The position numbers and the translations under genes are program-made. This document shows, in pieces, positions 37,605 to 46,996 of a stretch of 64,000 nt of DNA. The notes beneath the pieces were generated by a model that did not search any database, was not told the DNA's origin, and saw only the letters and a program-made list of their open reading frames with translations. This DNA is from an uncultured Chloroflexia bacterium (GTDB lineage Bacteria > Chloroflexota > Anaerolineae > Anaerolineales > Anaerolineaceae): the NCBI GenBank assembly GCA_963774925.1, contig CAVZGM010000003.1, positions 7,916 to 71,915 of the forward strand, given 5' to 3'. Numbering within the stretch: the stretch's first letter is position 1; each line of letters begins with the position of its first letter.

Positions 37605-39143
37605 ATGAAGCTCAGTCGTCTCACCCGCATATCCATTCTGCTGGCTGCTTTCTTCTTCCTCGATAAAGTTCTGGCTTTCCTGCGCCAGGTGCTCATCGCC
37701 CGCCAGTTCGGGCTTTCGGCTGAGCTGGACGCCTTCAACGTGGCGAACAACGTGCCCGACCTGCTCTTCGCGCTCATCTCCGGCGGCGCACTGGCGATCG
37801 CCTTCATCCCCGTGCTTTCCGAAGTGCTCAGCAAATCCGGGCAAAAGACCGCCTGGGAGCTTTTCAGCCGCATTGCCAACCTCGCCATCCTGGTCACGGT
37901 CGCCCTGGCAATTCTCGTGGCGGTTTTCGCCACCCCGCTGGTGCGCGCCGAGTTCGGCATCGCCCCCGGTTTCACCGGGACCCAGCAGGACCTGGTCATC
38001 CGCCTGATGCGCATGAACCTGGTCGCCACGCTCATTTTCTCGTTCAGCGGTCTGGTCATGGCAGGGCTGCAAGCCAACCAGCACTTCCTGCTGCCCGCCA
38101 TGGCACCGCTCTTCTACAACGTGGGGCAGATCATTGGCGTCACCATCCTCTCTCCGGAAAAGGGGTATGTCATCGCCGGTGTTCAACTACCCGCGCTTGG
38201 GCTGGGGGTCAGCGGGCTGGTCTACGGCGTGATCATCGGCGCGGCGCTGCACCTGGCGATCCAAATCCCGGGGCTGGTCAAGTACCGCTTCAAGTGGATC
38301 CCGCGCATTGACCTCAACCACCCGGACGTACGCAAGGTGCTGCGCCTGATGGGTCCTCGCTTGGTGACCATGCTGTGCATTCAACTCATCTTCCTCATCC
38401 GCGACAACCTGGCTTCGCGCCTGGCAGAAGGCGCGGTCACCTCGCTGACCTACGGCTGGATGATCCAGCAGGTGCCCGAAACGCTGATCGGGACGGCGAT
38501 CGGCACCGCCCTGCTGCCGACGCTCTCCGAATTCTTCTCCAAGGAGGATCGACAAGCCTTCAGTCAAACCATCAGCAAAGCGGTGCGGGTCATCATGGCG
38601 CTCACCCTGCCCATGGCTGCCGTGCTCGCCCTGGGGCTGAAACCCCTGCTGGGCTTGGCATTCGATTTCGGCGAGCAGGGTACCAGCCTGCTGACCTGGG
38701 TCACCGCCGCCTTCCTGGCCGGGCTGTTCGGCCATTCGCTGAAGGAAGTGAGCGCCCGTTCATTCTACGCCAGGCAGAACGCCCTCATCCCGCTGCTCAC
38801 CGCGGCAGGGAACGCCCTCCTCTATGCCCTGCTGGGCAGCCTGCTTTTCCGCCCGCTTGGCGCGCCTGGCATTGCGCTCACCGATTCCGTAATCTTTACC
38901 TTGGAAGCCTTGGTGCTATTGTTCCTCCTGAGCAGGCGGAGCAGCCTCAAGTTTGACCTCTCCTCCACCTGGCTGCGCGCGCTGTTGGCTGCCCTCCTGG
39001 CTGGCGGGGTCACCTGGGGACTCTCCGCTTTATTGCAGGACCGGGTTCCGCTGCTCGTGCTGGGCACGCTGCCGATGGTCGTTGGTTTCCTGGTCAGCCT
39101 GCCGCTTGTCTGGAAGGAAATGAAACTCCTGCTCCGGTTATAG
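37605..39143 (+). CDS. murJ: Lipid II flippase MurJ
   Basis: N-terminal ...LDKVLAFLRQVLIARQFG..ELDAFNVANNVPDLLF, 14 TM segments, 512 aa. Confidence 0.9.
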   Translation: MKLSRLTRISILLAAFFFLDKVLAFLRQVLIARQFGLSAELDAFNVANNVPDLLFALISGGALAIAFIPVLSEVLSKSGQKTAWELFSRIANLAILVTVALAILVAVFATPLVRAEFGIAPGFTGTQQDLVIRLMRMNLVATLIFSFSGLVMAGLQANQHFLLPAMAPLFYNVGQIIGVTILSPEKGYVIAGVQLPALGLGVSGLVYGVIIGAALHLAIQIPGLVKYRFKWIPRIDLNHPDVRKVLRLMGPRLVTMLCIQLIFLIRDNLASRLAEGAVTSLTYGWMIQQVPETLIGTAIGTALLPTLSEFFSKEDRQAFSQTISKAVRVIMALTLPMAAVLALGLKPLLGLAFDFGEQGTSLLTWVTAAFLAGLFGHSLKEVSARSFYARQNALIPLLTAAGNALLYALLGSLLFRPLGAPGIALTDSVIFTLEALVLLFLLSRRSSLKFDLSSTWLRALLAALLAGGVTWGLSALLQDRVPLLVLGTLPMVVGFLVSLPLVWKEMKLLLRL

Positions 39144-39170
39144 TGTCTTTGTATCGGTTATAATTGCGCC

Positions 39171-40358
39171 ATGTCGAAAAAAGTTCTGGAAGATACCACC
39201 CCCACCCAACCCTCCCAGGGGAATGGTGAAGCAACCATCCCTGTGAAACGCAAGAAGACTGATAAACCGAAGGCTGCGCCTGCGGTTGAAAATAACGCTT
39301 CAGCGCTCCATGAACCAATTGAAGTCCAAACTGATACCGCGGGTGAGGAAACGCCTGGGTCTGACCTGGTCGCATCCAAACCAAAACGCGGCAAGTGGAT
39401 TTGGCTTGGCATACTGATCATCCTCGTCATTGTCGCCATCGGCTCGGGCATCGGCTATGGCTCGGCGATGAAACAACGCAAGCTCGCGGACATCGAAAGA
39501 CGCCAGGTTGCCGCTGCCACCCAGTACGAGTTGGGTCTGAATGACTTGGCAAGCAATAATCTCGATTCAGCCCGGCGCAGGTTTGAATATGTGATCGGCT
39601 TGTATCCAGAGTATCCCGGTGTGGATGAGCAATACGCGAAAGTGCTGATCGCCATCGCCCAGAACCAGGGCGGCAGTATGGCTGCCACACCCCAACCAGG
39701 TACCACCGCGGTTGCCCCCGTCCCGACCAAGGACACCCGCTCGGCAAAGTTGCTGCTCGAACAAGCACAAACCCAGCTCGCCGCGCAGGACTGGCCGGGG
39801 TTGTACGATACGGTATACCGCCTGCGGGATATTGACCCCACCTACGAATCCATGCTGGTAGATGGTCTTTATTACCTGGCATTGCGCAACAAGGGCATCA
39901 CCCAGATCCAGGCGGGCAGCCTGGAAAATGGTATCTACAATTTTGCCCTGGCAGAGGAACTTGCTCCCATCGATTATGACGCCCAATCCTATCGCACCTG
40001 GGCGCAATTTTACATCCAGGCGGGGTCCTACTGGGGCATCAACTGGCCCCAGGCGGTTGAGGAGTTCAAACAGCTGTTCGGCATGGTGCCGAACCTGCGG
40101 GATGCCACCGGCATCACCGTCACCCAACGTTACGCCGGCGCGCTAAAAGGCTATGGCGATTTCCTGCAACAGACCTATGATTGGTGCGGCGCTGTCGCCC
40201 AATACGAGCAATCGCTTTCCATCTACGCTGACCCGCAACTTGCTGTCAACCTGCCGCAAGCGCAGGCATATTGCGCCAATCCGCCCGCCACACCGACGCC
40301 CACCATAGACCCCTTCGCGCCGACGCCCACCCCCACCAAGAAACCTAAGAAAAACTAA
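39171..40358 (+). CDS. Membrane-anchored TPR-like protein with Pro/Thr-rich tail
   Basis: Charged N-terminus, one TM (WIWLGILIILVIVAIGSGIGYG), helical repeat region and PPATPTPTIDPFAPTPTPT tail. Confidence 0.6.
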   Translation: MSKKVLEDTTPTQPSQGNGEATIPVKRKKTDKPKAAPAVENNASALHEPIEVQTDTAGEETPGSDLVASKPKRGKWIWLGILIILVIVAIGSGIGYGSAMKQRKLADIERRQVAAATQYELGLNDLASNNLDSARRRFEYVIGLYPEYPGVDEQYAKVLIAIAQNQGGSMAATPQPGTTAVAPVPTKDTRSAKLLLEQAQTQLAAQDWPGLYDTVYRLRDIDPTYESMLVDGLYYLALRNKGITQIQAGSLENGIYNFALAEELAPIDYDAQSYRTWAQFYIQAGSYWGINWPQAVEEFKQLFGMVPNLRDATGITVTQRYAGALKGYGDFLQQTYDWCGAVAQYEQSLSIYADPQLAVNLPQAQAYCANPPATPTPTIDPFAPTPTPTKKPKKN

Positions 40359-40372
40359 ACCTGAGATCTCTC

Positions 40373-41707
40373 TCAGGTTTTTTTCTCCAAAAATCCGGCC
40401 AGGTCGTGCGTCATCGCGCCTGTGATGCGGACTTTAACGATCTCGCCCACGTTGGCTGGCTCCTCGATGAGCACCAGCCCGTCGATTTCCGGCGCGTCCC
40501 GGTAAGACCTGCCAACCGAAATTCCGTCCCCCTCGCCTTCGATTAACACGTCCAGAACCTGCCCGATCATCTTCTGGTTCCTGCGCAGGGAGATTCCCTC
40601 CTGCAGCAGCATGAGCTCCTTGACCCGCTCTGCTTTCACCGCTTCCGGCACCGGATCGCCCAGGGGTTCCGCCCTTGTGCCCAGCTCGAAGGAATAGGGG
40701 AAGACCCCCACGTGGTCAAACTCGATTTCGCGTATGAAGTCCAGCAGTTGTTGGAATTCTTCCTCAGTCTCGCCCGGAAAACCGGCGATAAAGGTCGTCC
40801 GCAGTGCCAGCCCGGGTAGCAACCCGCGCAACCTGGCAATCGTGGACCGCACCCAGTCCATGTTGGCGGGTCGGTTCATGCGCAGTAGCATTTCTGGCGC
40901 GGCATGTTGCAGGGGCATATCCAGGTAGGGTAGGATCTGCGGTGAAGACGCCATCACCTCGATCAACCGCTCAGTGACGAAGCCGGGATAGGCGTACAAC
41001 ACCCTCACCCAGGGAATTTCAGGAATACGAGGCAGCAGGGCTTCCAGCAGCACCGCCAGCCCGTCCTTGAGCCCCAGGTCTGACCCGTAATCGGTGGTGT
41101 CCTGGGAGATGAGGATCAATTCCTTAATGCCCTGTTCCTGTAACGCCATTGCATCGTCCAGCACTGCCTGCAGCGGACGGCTCACCTGCGTTCCCTTGAT
41201 CAATGGGATTGAGCAAAACGCACAGGGTCTTCGGCAGCCATCCGCGATCTTCAGGTACGCACTCGCCCCCTGGATGGACGCCCGCACCAGCCCTTTTTCG
41301 TCCTCTCCGATTGTTGTGCTTTCCGGTATGTGGTATCGTGGCTGCCGCGGTTTTTCACGCATGTCGGTCAGTAGTTCGAGGATATCCATCCAGCGCCGGG
41401 TACCGATGATGCCGTCGATACCAGGCACCAGTTCGAGCATTTTCTCGCGATAACGTTCGGTCATGCAGCCCGCGGCAATGAGCATTTGGTTTGGTTTTTT
41501 CGATTCGGCAAGGTCGCGCAGCACCTCGATCGATTCATCCCGCGCCTGTTGGATGAAGCCGCAGGTATTGACAATGAGCACATCCGCCTTGCCTGGCTGC
41601 ACCACTGCACGGTACCCATCGCGCTGAAGCAATGCAGCAATCGAATCAGAGTCCACAGTATTTTTTGCACATCCCAGGGATGCGAGGAAAAAAGTTGGCT
41701 TTTTCAT
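40373..41707 (-). CDS. rimO: Ribosomal protein S12 methylthiotransferase
   Basis: SLGCAKNTVDSD N-terminal domain, radical-SAM CRRPCAFC and a C-terminal TRAM. Confidence 0.85.
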   Translation of the reverse strand: MKKPTFFLASLGCAKNTVDSDSIAALLQRDGYRAVVQPGKADVLIVNTCGFIQQARDESIEVLRDLAESKKPNQMLIAAGCMTERYREKMLELVPGIDGIIGTRRWMDILELLTDMREKPRQPRYHIPESTTIGEDEKGLVRASIQGASAYLKIADGCRRPCAFCSIPLIKGTQVSRPLQAVLDDAMALQEQGIKELILISQDTTDYGSDLGLKDGLAVLLEALLPRIPEIPWVRVLYAYPGFVTERLIEVMASSPQILPYLDMPLQHAAPEMLLRMNRPANMDWVRSTIARLRGLLPGLALRTTFIAGFPGETEEEFQQLLDFIREIEFDHVGVFPYSFELGTRAEPLGDPVPEAVKAERVKELMLLQEGISLRRNQKMIGQVLDVLIEGEGDGISVGRSYRDAPEIDGLVLIEEPANVGEIVKVRITGAMTHDLAGFLEKKT

Positions 41708-41720
41708 GATCAGAAAAACC

Positions 41721-43049
41721 TTAAGGGATCAAGGGGGTAATGGTCGGCGTGGGGACTGCAATCGTTGGTTCCGGTGTCCTGGTTGGCAGTGGCGTCAGTG
41801 TCGGCGCAGAGGTTCGGGTGGTGGTCGGGGTGAAACGCGGCGTGGCAGTTACCATCTCCTCGATGGTGAACACCAAGTTCTCCACCTGTCCCACTTGCCC
41901 CACGATGCCAAGATCAACCTGGTTGTAGAAAAGTTGTATACCGCCAGCGTTGCCGGTCAATACCGTGATCACCTGGGAACCGGTATAGGGGTAAGCATTC
42001 CCCGGTACCACCCTGCCGTTAAACATCTCTCTGCCGTCAACCGTGACGCGGACGTAAGCGCGCTGATGGGCATAGATGACCAATTGGATCGGACCCTGCT
42101 GCATGGCTGCCAGTGTCGCTTGCAGGTCCACCAGGGGTGTTGTCAACACTTCCGGTGTGCCGGTGAGAATGGAAAATTCATCTTGAGAGGGATTCACGAC
42201 CAGTGTCTCAGCCCCTGGCGTACCAATCAGCACTTCCGATATGGATTCGATCGTTGGCATGTTCTGCGGCGTGCTGCTGCGGATAACCTGGTAAGCTCCC
42301 CAGATTACCAACAGAAAGAGGCTAAGGAACAACCCTCCACCAACCACCAGGTCTGGGGTCAGCAGCCTCCGCCATCCGGTGAGGGGTTCCTTGCCGACCA
42401 CGCTCTTACCGGTCTTTTTCAAGCGCTCGTCAATCTGCATCTTTTCAATGCGCTGCTGCTGCAGACCTTCGGCAAATCGCAATTGGAAGGAGTCGCTGTC
42501 CAGGTTGAGGAAGGAAGCGTAGTTGATCAACATTCCCCGTCCTTGAACTGTGGACGGCAACGAGCTGATATCACCCTGCTCAATCGCGAAAAGGTAGAAT
42601 TCCCTGATCTTTGTCTGCCGTTCCACGTCTTCACGGGATAATCCCAATTTTTCTCTTTGCCGGCTGAGCTGCACGCCAATATCCTGGAATATTTCTGCGG
42701 ATAGGGTCGCAGCTTTTTTAACCGGAACTTGCCTGGGTGAACTCAGGGACGTCTCTTCGCCTTGCAGAGCAGGCCCGGGCTCGCTTTCCGTGTGTAGCGG
42801 TTCCATAAGATCCATTGCAGGATCCTTCGAGCCTTCAGCTTGTTCAAATACGCCCAATGGGTTCAGACCAAGGGAAGAGGCGTATAATCGGGTGAAACCG
42901 CGGGCTTGCGACAAAGAGGGCACGATGCTCAAATCCCCTGATTCTATTGCCTCCAGGTACTTAACGCGGATATTGGTTTTTTCGGAAACCTCTTCGAGCG
43001 TCAGCTTTTGGGCTTCGCGAGTTTTTCGTAGGAATTCACCGACTGACAT
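41721..43049 (-). CDS. RodZ-like membrane protein with two HTH segments and a DUF4115-like C-domain
   Basis: Two XRE/HTH_25-like segments (aa 1-65 and about 115-180), one TM, then ...YVRVTVDGREMFNGRVVPG...GGIQLFYNQVDLG. Confidence 0.7.
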   Translation of the reverse strand: MSVGEFLRKTREAQKLTLEEVSEKTNIRVKYLEAIESGDLSIVPSLSQARGFTRLYASSLGLNPLGVFEQAEGSKDPAMDLMEPLHTESEPGPALQGEETSLSSPRQVPVKKAATLSAEIFQDIGVQLSRQREKLGLSREDVERQTKIREFYLFAIEQGDISSLPSTVQGRGMLINYASFLNLDSDSFQLRFAEGLQQQRIEKMQIDERLKKTGKSVVGKEPLTGWRRLLTPDLVVGGGLFLSLFLLVIWGAYQVIRSSTPQNMPTIESISEVLIGTPGAETLVVNPSQDEFSILTGTPEVLTTPLVDLQATLAAMQQGPIQLVIYAHQRAYVRVTVDGREMFNGRVVPGNAYPYTGSQVITVLTGNAGGIQLFYNQVDLGIVGQVGQVENLVFTIEEMVTATPRFTPTTTRTSAPTLTPLPTRTPEPTIAVPTPTITPLIP

Positions 43050-43075
43050 AGGCTAATCTTAATCGATTTTTATTA

Positions 43076-43115
43076 AAAACCGGTCACTCAGCCCCTGGCT
43101 GAATTGACCGGTTTT
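43076..43115 (-). terminator. Terminator downstream of rplI
   Basis: aaaaccggtca...tgaccggtttt 11-bp stem, followed by a T-run on the minus strand. Confidence 0.6.
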
Positions 43116-43134
43116 GCTCGCTAATACAGAAAGG

Positions 43135-43788
43135 TTATTCAGCTTCAGTTGCAGCAGGAGTACTTTCTTCTGCCACAACGGGTTCGGAGGATTCTGTCAC
43201 GTCTGGAAGTTCAACTTTCCCTTCAGGAAGTTCTACCTTCTCCTCTGAAAGCTCAACCATTTCTTCAGGAAGTTCCACCTTCTCCTCGGGAAGCTCTACT
43301 TTCTCTTCCTTCTTGGCAGGCTTTTCAACGGGTTTGACCACTTCGCCTTCGCGTCTGACCAGAACCTTCACTTTGGGGTTCAAGTCAACCGTCAGGTGGA
43401 AAATCGCCTGGTGTTCGCCAAGGGTGCGGATTGGTTCAGCTTCCAACTGGTGACGATCGAGGGTGGTGCCAAGTTTCTTGTTGATCTCATCGACAATCAT
43501 CTGGGTCGTGATCGAACCGTAGAGCTTGCCGGTCTCGCCCGCTTTGCTGAAGAATTCAAGCTCAACCCCGTTCAACATGTCTGCCAGACCGCCCATCTCC
43601 TGGTTCAGTTTGGCTCGTTCGACCGCTGCCTTCTCACGGATCTTGGTCACTGTGGTCAACGCACCCGGGGTAGCCAGCACGGCAAGTCCCTGGGGAAGCA
43701 GGAAGTTGCGTCCAAATCCGTCAGCAACCTTTTTGACATCACCAGCGTGACCAAGTTTGTACACGTCTTTCAAAAGTAATACTTTCAT
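43135..43788 (-). CDS. rplI: Ribosomal protein L9 with repetitive acidic C-terminal extension
   Basis: MKVLLLKDV..LG..G....V..G..RNFL.P.G.A N-domain. Tail contains EKVELPE-type heptads. Confidence 0.9.
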   Translation of the reverse strand: MKVLLLKDVYKLGHAGDVKKVADGFGRNFLLPQGLAVLATPGALTTVTKIREKAAVERAKLNQEMGGLADMLNGVELEFFSKAGETGKLYGSITTQMIVDEINKKLGTTLDRHQLEAEPIRTLGEHQAIFHLTVDLNPKVKVLVRREGEVVKPVEKPAKKEEKVELPEEKVELPEEMVELSEEKVELPEGKVELPDVTESSEPVVAEESTPAATEAE

Positions 43789-43887
43789 TTCTCAAGCCCT
43801 TTCAAAAAGAATTCATGCGAAGGGTACAACGCATGTGAAATTGGATTTTACCCCATTCGACCCGGCAGGTCAATCTATCAAAAATAC

Positions 43888-44421
43888 TTACTGTCCAATT
43901 TTCCAATTCCGGATGAAATCCGCCTGGTCGCCAGTCTCCGGGCTTTGCCGCCAGAAATTGCCGGTCTCACCTCTCAGGCTTCTGATCTGTTCAAGTGCTG
44001 CATCTCCCGTCATCCCGTGCCGTACCAGGTAGCAGCCCACCGTGGTCCCCGTCCTGCCTATCCCGGCGAGGCAATGCAGGTAAACCGGACGGTTGTTTTT
44101 AATCTCGCTATCGATATGATCCAGGATCTGAAGCATTGCTTTCTTATTTGGCGTTGAAAAATCCAGGATTGGATAATTGATCCGACTGACCGTTACCCCC
44201 AAATCTCCTGCCTCAGAGGTTAAACACTCCTGGTATGGGTTGTCCGAATCACCCTCCCTGGTCAGGTCGATAAAGGTTCGGATGCCTATGCGCATCAGGC
44301 TCCGCAATCTTGCCCGGGTAACTTCCGGATCGTTATGGCCGGGATATTCCCCTGCCATCAGTTTTCCTTCCACGACCCAATAGGCATTGCTGATCGGTAG
44401 ATCAAGTGTTTTCCCCATCAT
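43888..44421 (-). CDS. Dual-specificity/tyrosine protein phosphatase (CX5R)
   Basis: VYLHCLAGIGRTGT P-loop. Confidence 0.8.
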   Translation of the reverse strand: MMGKTLDLPISNAYWVVEGKLMAGEYPGHNDPEVTRARLRSLMRIGIRTFIDLTREGDSDNPYQECLTSEAGDLGVTVSRINYPILDFSTPNKKAMLQILDHIDSEIKNNRPVYLHCLAGIGRTGTTVGCYLVRHGMTGDAALEQIRSLRGETGNFWRQSPETGDQADFIRNWKIGQ

Positions 44422-44437
44422 CCCTCCAACTTAAGTT

Positions 44438-45565
44438 TTATGTACTTCTCAAATCCTCTTGTGGCTCCTTGATAAACCGCCGCTGATAGCGCAATAAAAG
44501 TATCATGAGTATAAATTGGTAAGCCGCCAGCGCAATCGTTGAGAATTGATCAAAGTAGAAGACAAGCAGGTTTACAACGGTCATCGTAGTCAACAACGCT
44601 GCGATTCCCAACCAGACCCCCACCCGCTCGGATCTCACCGCCAGGAAGAATGCCGCGACCAGGGACAGGACTCCCATGCTGCCCTCAAGTAGCACGCGGG
44701 CTTCAAACCAGTTCAAGCCGCTGGCGTTGCGTACCAGCCTGTTCGTGATCAACTGATCAAGGAACACCTGCAGCTGCGCCGCATCCCGGAAGATCAATAG
44801 ATAGCCGATGGGAGAAACCAAAGCCCAACCCGCCCAGATGAGCAAACCAACGATGAGCACCTTTTTAAGGCGTTTCCGATCCAGCCATTTCTTTTCATGG
44901 GTAAATATCCAGGTTCGCAAGCGCGAAAAGAGATTTGTTTGCTCAGGATGGATGCGTACCCGGTTGGTTTCAAGGTAACACTTGAGGCTTTCCGCCATCT
45001 CTACCAACTCAATAGGTTTCTGGTGATCGATTACCTGGTTGAGGCTGCTCATCAACTCGTCAAATTCGTCCCTCGAAAGATCCTGGTCCAGCACTTCTGT
45101 AAACCTCTCCAGGATCGCGTACATCTCCTCACGGCTCGTGTGCGCCTTCCGCTGGTGGATGATCGCGAACACCAGCACGGTCAGCAGAAAGAAAACGTAA
45201 ACGATCGGGGCAGCGGATGGATAGAAGTAATCGTTGGTTTGGGTGATGAATTTTCCGACTTCGTCAATGAACAACCCCATGCCAATCCCTGCCAGTACCG
45301 AACTCAACAACAATATCCATTCATTGATAAAGATCAAGGAAAACAAAGCCGCGACAAACAGGATCAGCCCTCCCCAGAGTACATGCGCGATGTGCAGCTC
45401 TCCGCTGCCAAGTTGCGGGTACCCGGTCAATTCCAGGAACAGGCGTGTGCCGCTGACCGAAGCAGCGAAGCTGATCAGGGTCACCAGCAGGTAATCTCGC
45501 GCATGGCGCCGCTGAACCAGGCTGCGGTCCTTAAACGGATTCAATTGACGCAGGGTTTTTTTCAT
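44438..45565 (-). CDS. Hypothetical polytopic membrane protein
   Basis: Two clusters of TM helices separated by a charged helical linker. No recognised motif. Confidence 0.6.
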   Translation of the reverse strand: MKKTLRQLNPFKDRSLVQRRHARDYLLVTLISFAASVSGTRLFLELTGYPQLGSGELHIAHVLWGGLILFVAALFSLIFINEWILLLSSVLAGIGMGLFIDEVGKFITQTNDYFYPSAAPIVYVFFLLTVLVFAIIHQRKAHTSREEMYAILERFTEVLDQDLSRDEFDELMSSLNQVIDHQKPIELVEMAESLKCYLETNRVRIHPEQTNLFSRLRTWIFTHEKKWLDRKRLKKVLIVGLLIWAGWALVSPIGYLLIFRDAAQLQVFLDQLITNRLVRNASGLNWFEARVLLEGSMGVLSLVAAFFLAVRSERVGVWLGIAALLTTMTVVNLLVFYFDQFSTIALAAYQFILMILLLRYQRRFIKEPQEDLRST

Positions 45566-45572
45566 TTATCCA

Positions 45573-46913
45573 TCAATACTTCAGACTTGATCCGCCGATG
45601 AATTCCCGGATCACGGAGTCCGTGGGGATCATCGCTTCCTCTGTCACGGGGAAGACACTTTCGAGCAAGGCTGCCACCCGCCTGGCCCGGTTGAACGCAT
45701 CCTCTTTTAATATATCCTCTTCGTACTTTTGTGACCATTGACGGAAATCCGCGAGCATCCTGGCGGCATAGATGGATAACTCATAGGGCATGGCGGAATT
45801 GATAATTGCATCTGCGTGGTTGATCTGGGGAATGATATTGCGCAGTTCGCTGCTGCGCACATAATGCCAATGCTCTAGTGTTTGCCTCGGGTCGTATGCC
45901 CGGTGGGTGGCGTCGCGCAGCATGCGCCTGATCAGACGAATATCCGTCCAATGCACATATTCACCCGCATCATCCTTTATCTGCATCAATGGTTCCAGGA
46001 AAATCCTGAATTTACGACCTTCTTCGATTCCTTCCGTCATGGGGGGATACAACCCATGCAAAGAATCGATGAGCAGGATCTCATCTTTCTCCAGTTTGAA
46101 TCGCGTTTTATCCGCAGTCCTGCGCCCGGTCTTGAAATCATAGAAGGGGATATAAACTTCCTCTCCGTTCATCATCTTGTGCAGGTGCTCATTGATCAAA
46201 TCCAAATCCAGCGCTTGCGGCGTTTCAAAGTCAAAGTCTCCAAACTCATCCTTCGGATGAAGGTCGAGATCGAAAAAGTAATTATCCACGTTCAACGCAA
46301 CCAGTTTCAATCCGGCTCTCGTCAACCGATCTGCCAGCTTGATCGTGGTGGTGGTTTTTCCCGAGGAGGATGGTCCGGAAATGATCACTACGCGGATATC
46401 CTGCTGGCGGGTCAGCACGCTATCTGTTGCGTTTTCAATGTCCATGCGGTATGCCGCTTCGGATTCAGTCACCAGTTGAGAAAATTCACCCGCCTGGATG
46501 CGTTGATTGAGCCCGTGAACCGTGTTGACGCCATGGTCGACCGCCCAATCCAGTACATGCCAGAGCTTCGCCCAGGGTATATTCTCTGATGGGCGTGAGG
46601 ATTGCATTTTCTCCGCCTGGCGGTGGTTGGCGCGTTCGTTTCGGTAGAGAATATAGGCTTTGGCAACTTTGGCGTGCCCATTCTCGATCAATACCTTTTC
46701 CACCAGATCCTGGATTTCCTCGATATGCGGTACATGTCCGGGTACGGCATTCTCTTCCAACAATTGCACCACCTGGTCGGCGAGTTTATCCGCCGTTGCT
46801 TTATTCCTCCCCCCAACCTCGACAGCAGCCCGATAAATGGCGTTGCTGATCCTGTCCTTGTTGAACGGAACGAGAGCCCCATTCCTTTTCATCACACTTG
46901 TAATCTTTCCCAT
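45573..46913 (-). CDS. ATP-cone domain fused to a uridine-kinase/PRK-family P-loop kinase
   Basis: N-terminal V.KRNG..VPF...I..AI ATP-cone, Walker A ISGPSSSGKTTTT, and YIPFYDFKTGRR as in Udk-like kinases. Confidence 0.75.
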   Translation of the reverse strand: MGKITSVMKRNGALVPFNKDRISNAIYRAAVEVGGRNKATADKLADQVVQLLEENAVPGHVPHIEEIQDLVEKVLIENGHAKVAKAYILYRNERANHRQAEKMQSSRPSENIPWAKLWHVLDWAVDHGVNTVHGLNQRIQAGEFSQLVTESEAAYRMDIENATDSVLTRQQDIRVVIISGPSSSGKTTTTIKLADRLTRAGLKLVALNVDNYFFDLDLHPKDEFGDFDFETPQALDLDLINEHLHKMMNGEEVYIPFYDFKTGRRTADKTRFKLEKDEILLIDSLHGLYPPMTEGIEEGRKFRIFLEPLMQIKDDAGEYVHWTDIRLIRRMLRDATHRAYDPRQTLEHWHYVRSSELRNIIPQINHADAIINSAMPYELSIYAARMLADFRQWSQKYEEDILKEDAFNRARRVAALLESVFPVTEEAMIPTDSVIREFIGGSSLKY

Positions 46914-46947
46914 CCCATTATCCTTTCCCGAGCAACAGGATAATTAT

Positions 46948-46976
46948 ACAAAAAAGAGTGACCGAATTGGTCACTC
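46948..46976 (-). terminator. Terminator after the 46997-48259 gene
   Basis: agagtgacc-gaatt-ggtcactct, followed by a T-run on the minus strand. Confidence 0.6.
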
Positions 46977-46996
46977 TGATTGCTGGCTCGTTTTTC

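Noticed and set aside
13146-40127. Numerous long antisense or overlapping ORFs in the GC-rich part (for example 13146-13706, 16724-17650, 18088-18909, 23561-24172, 34378-35175, 37551-38186, 38187-38735, 39567-40127)
   Set aside because: Each lies opposite or out of frame to a gene with clear family motifs. They have Arg/Pro/Gly/Ala-rich low-complexity translations typical of shadow ORFs in high-GC DNA.
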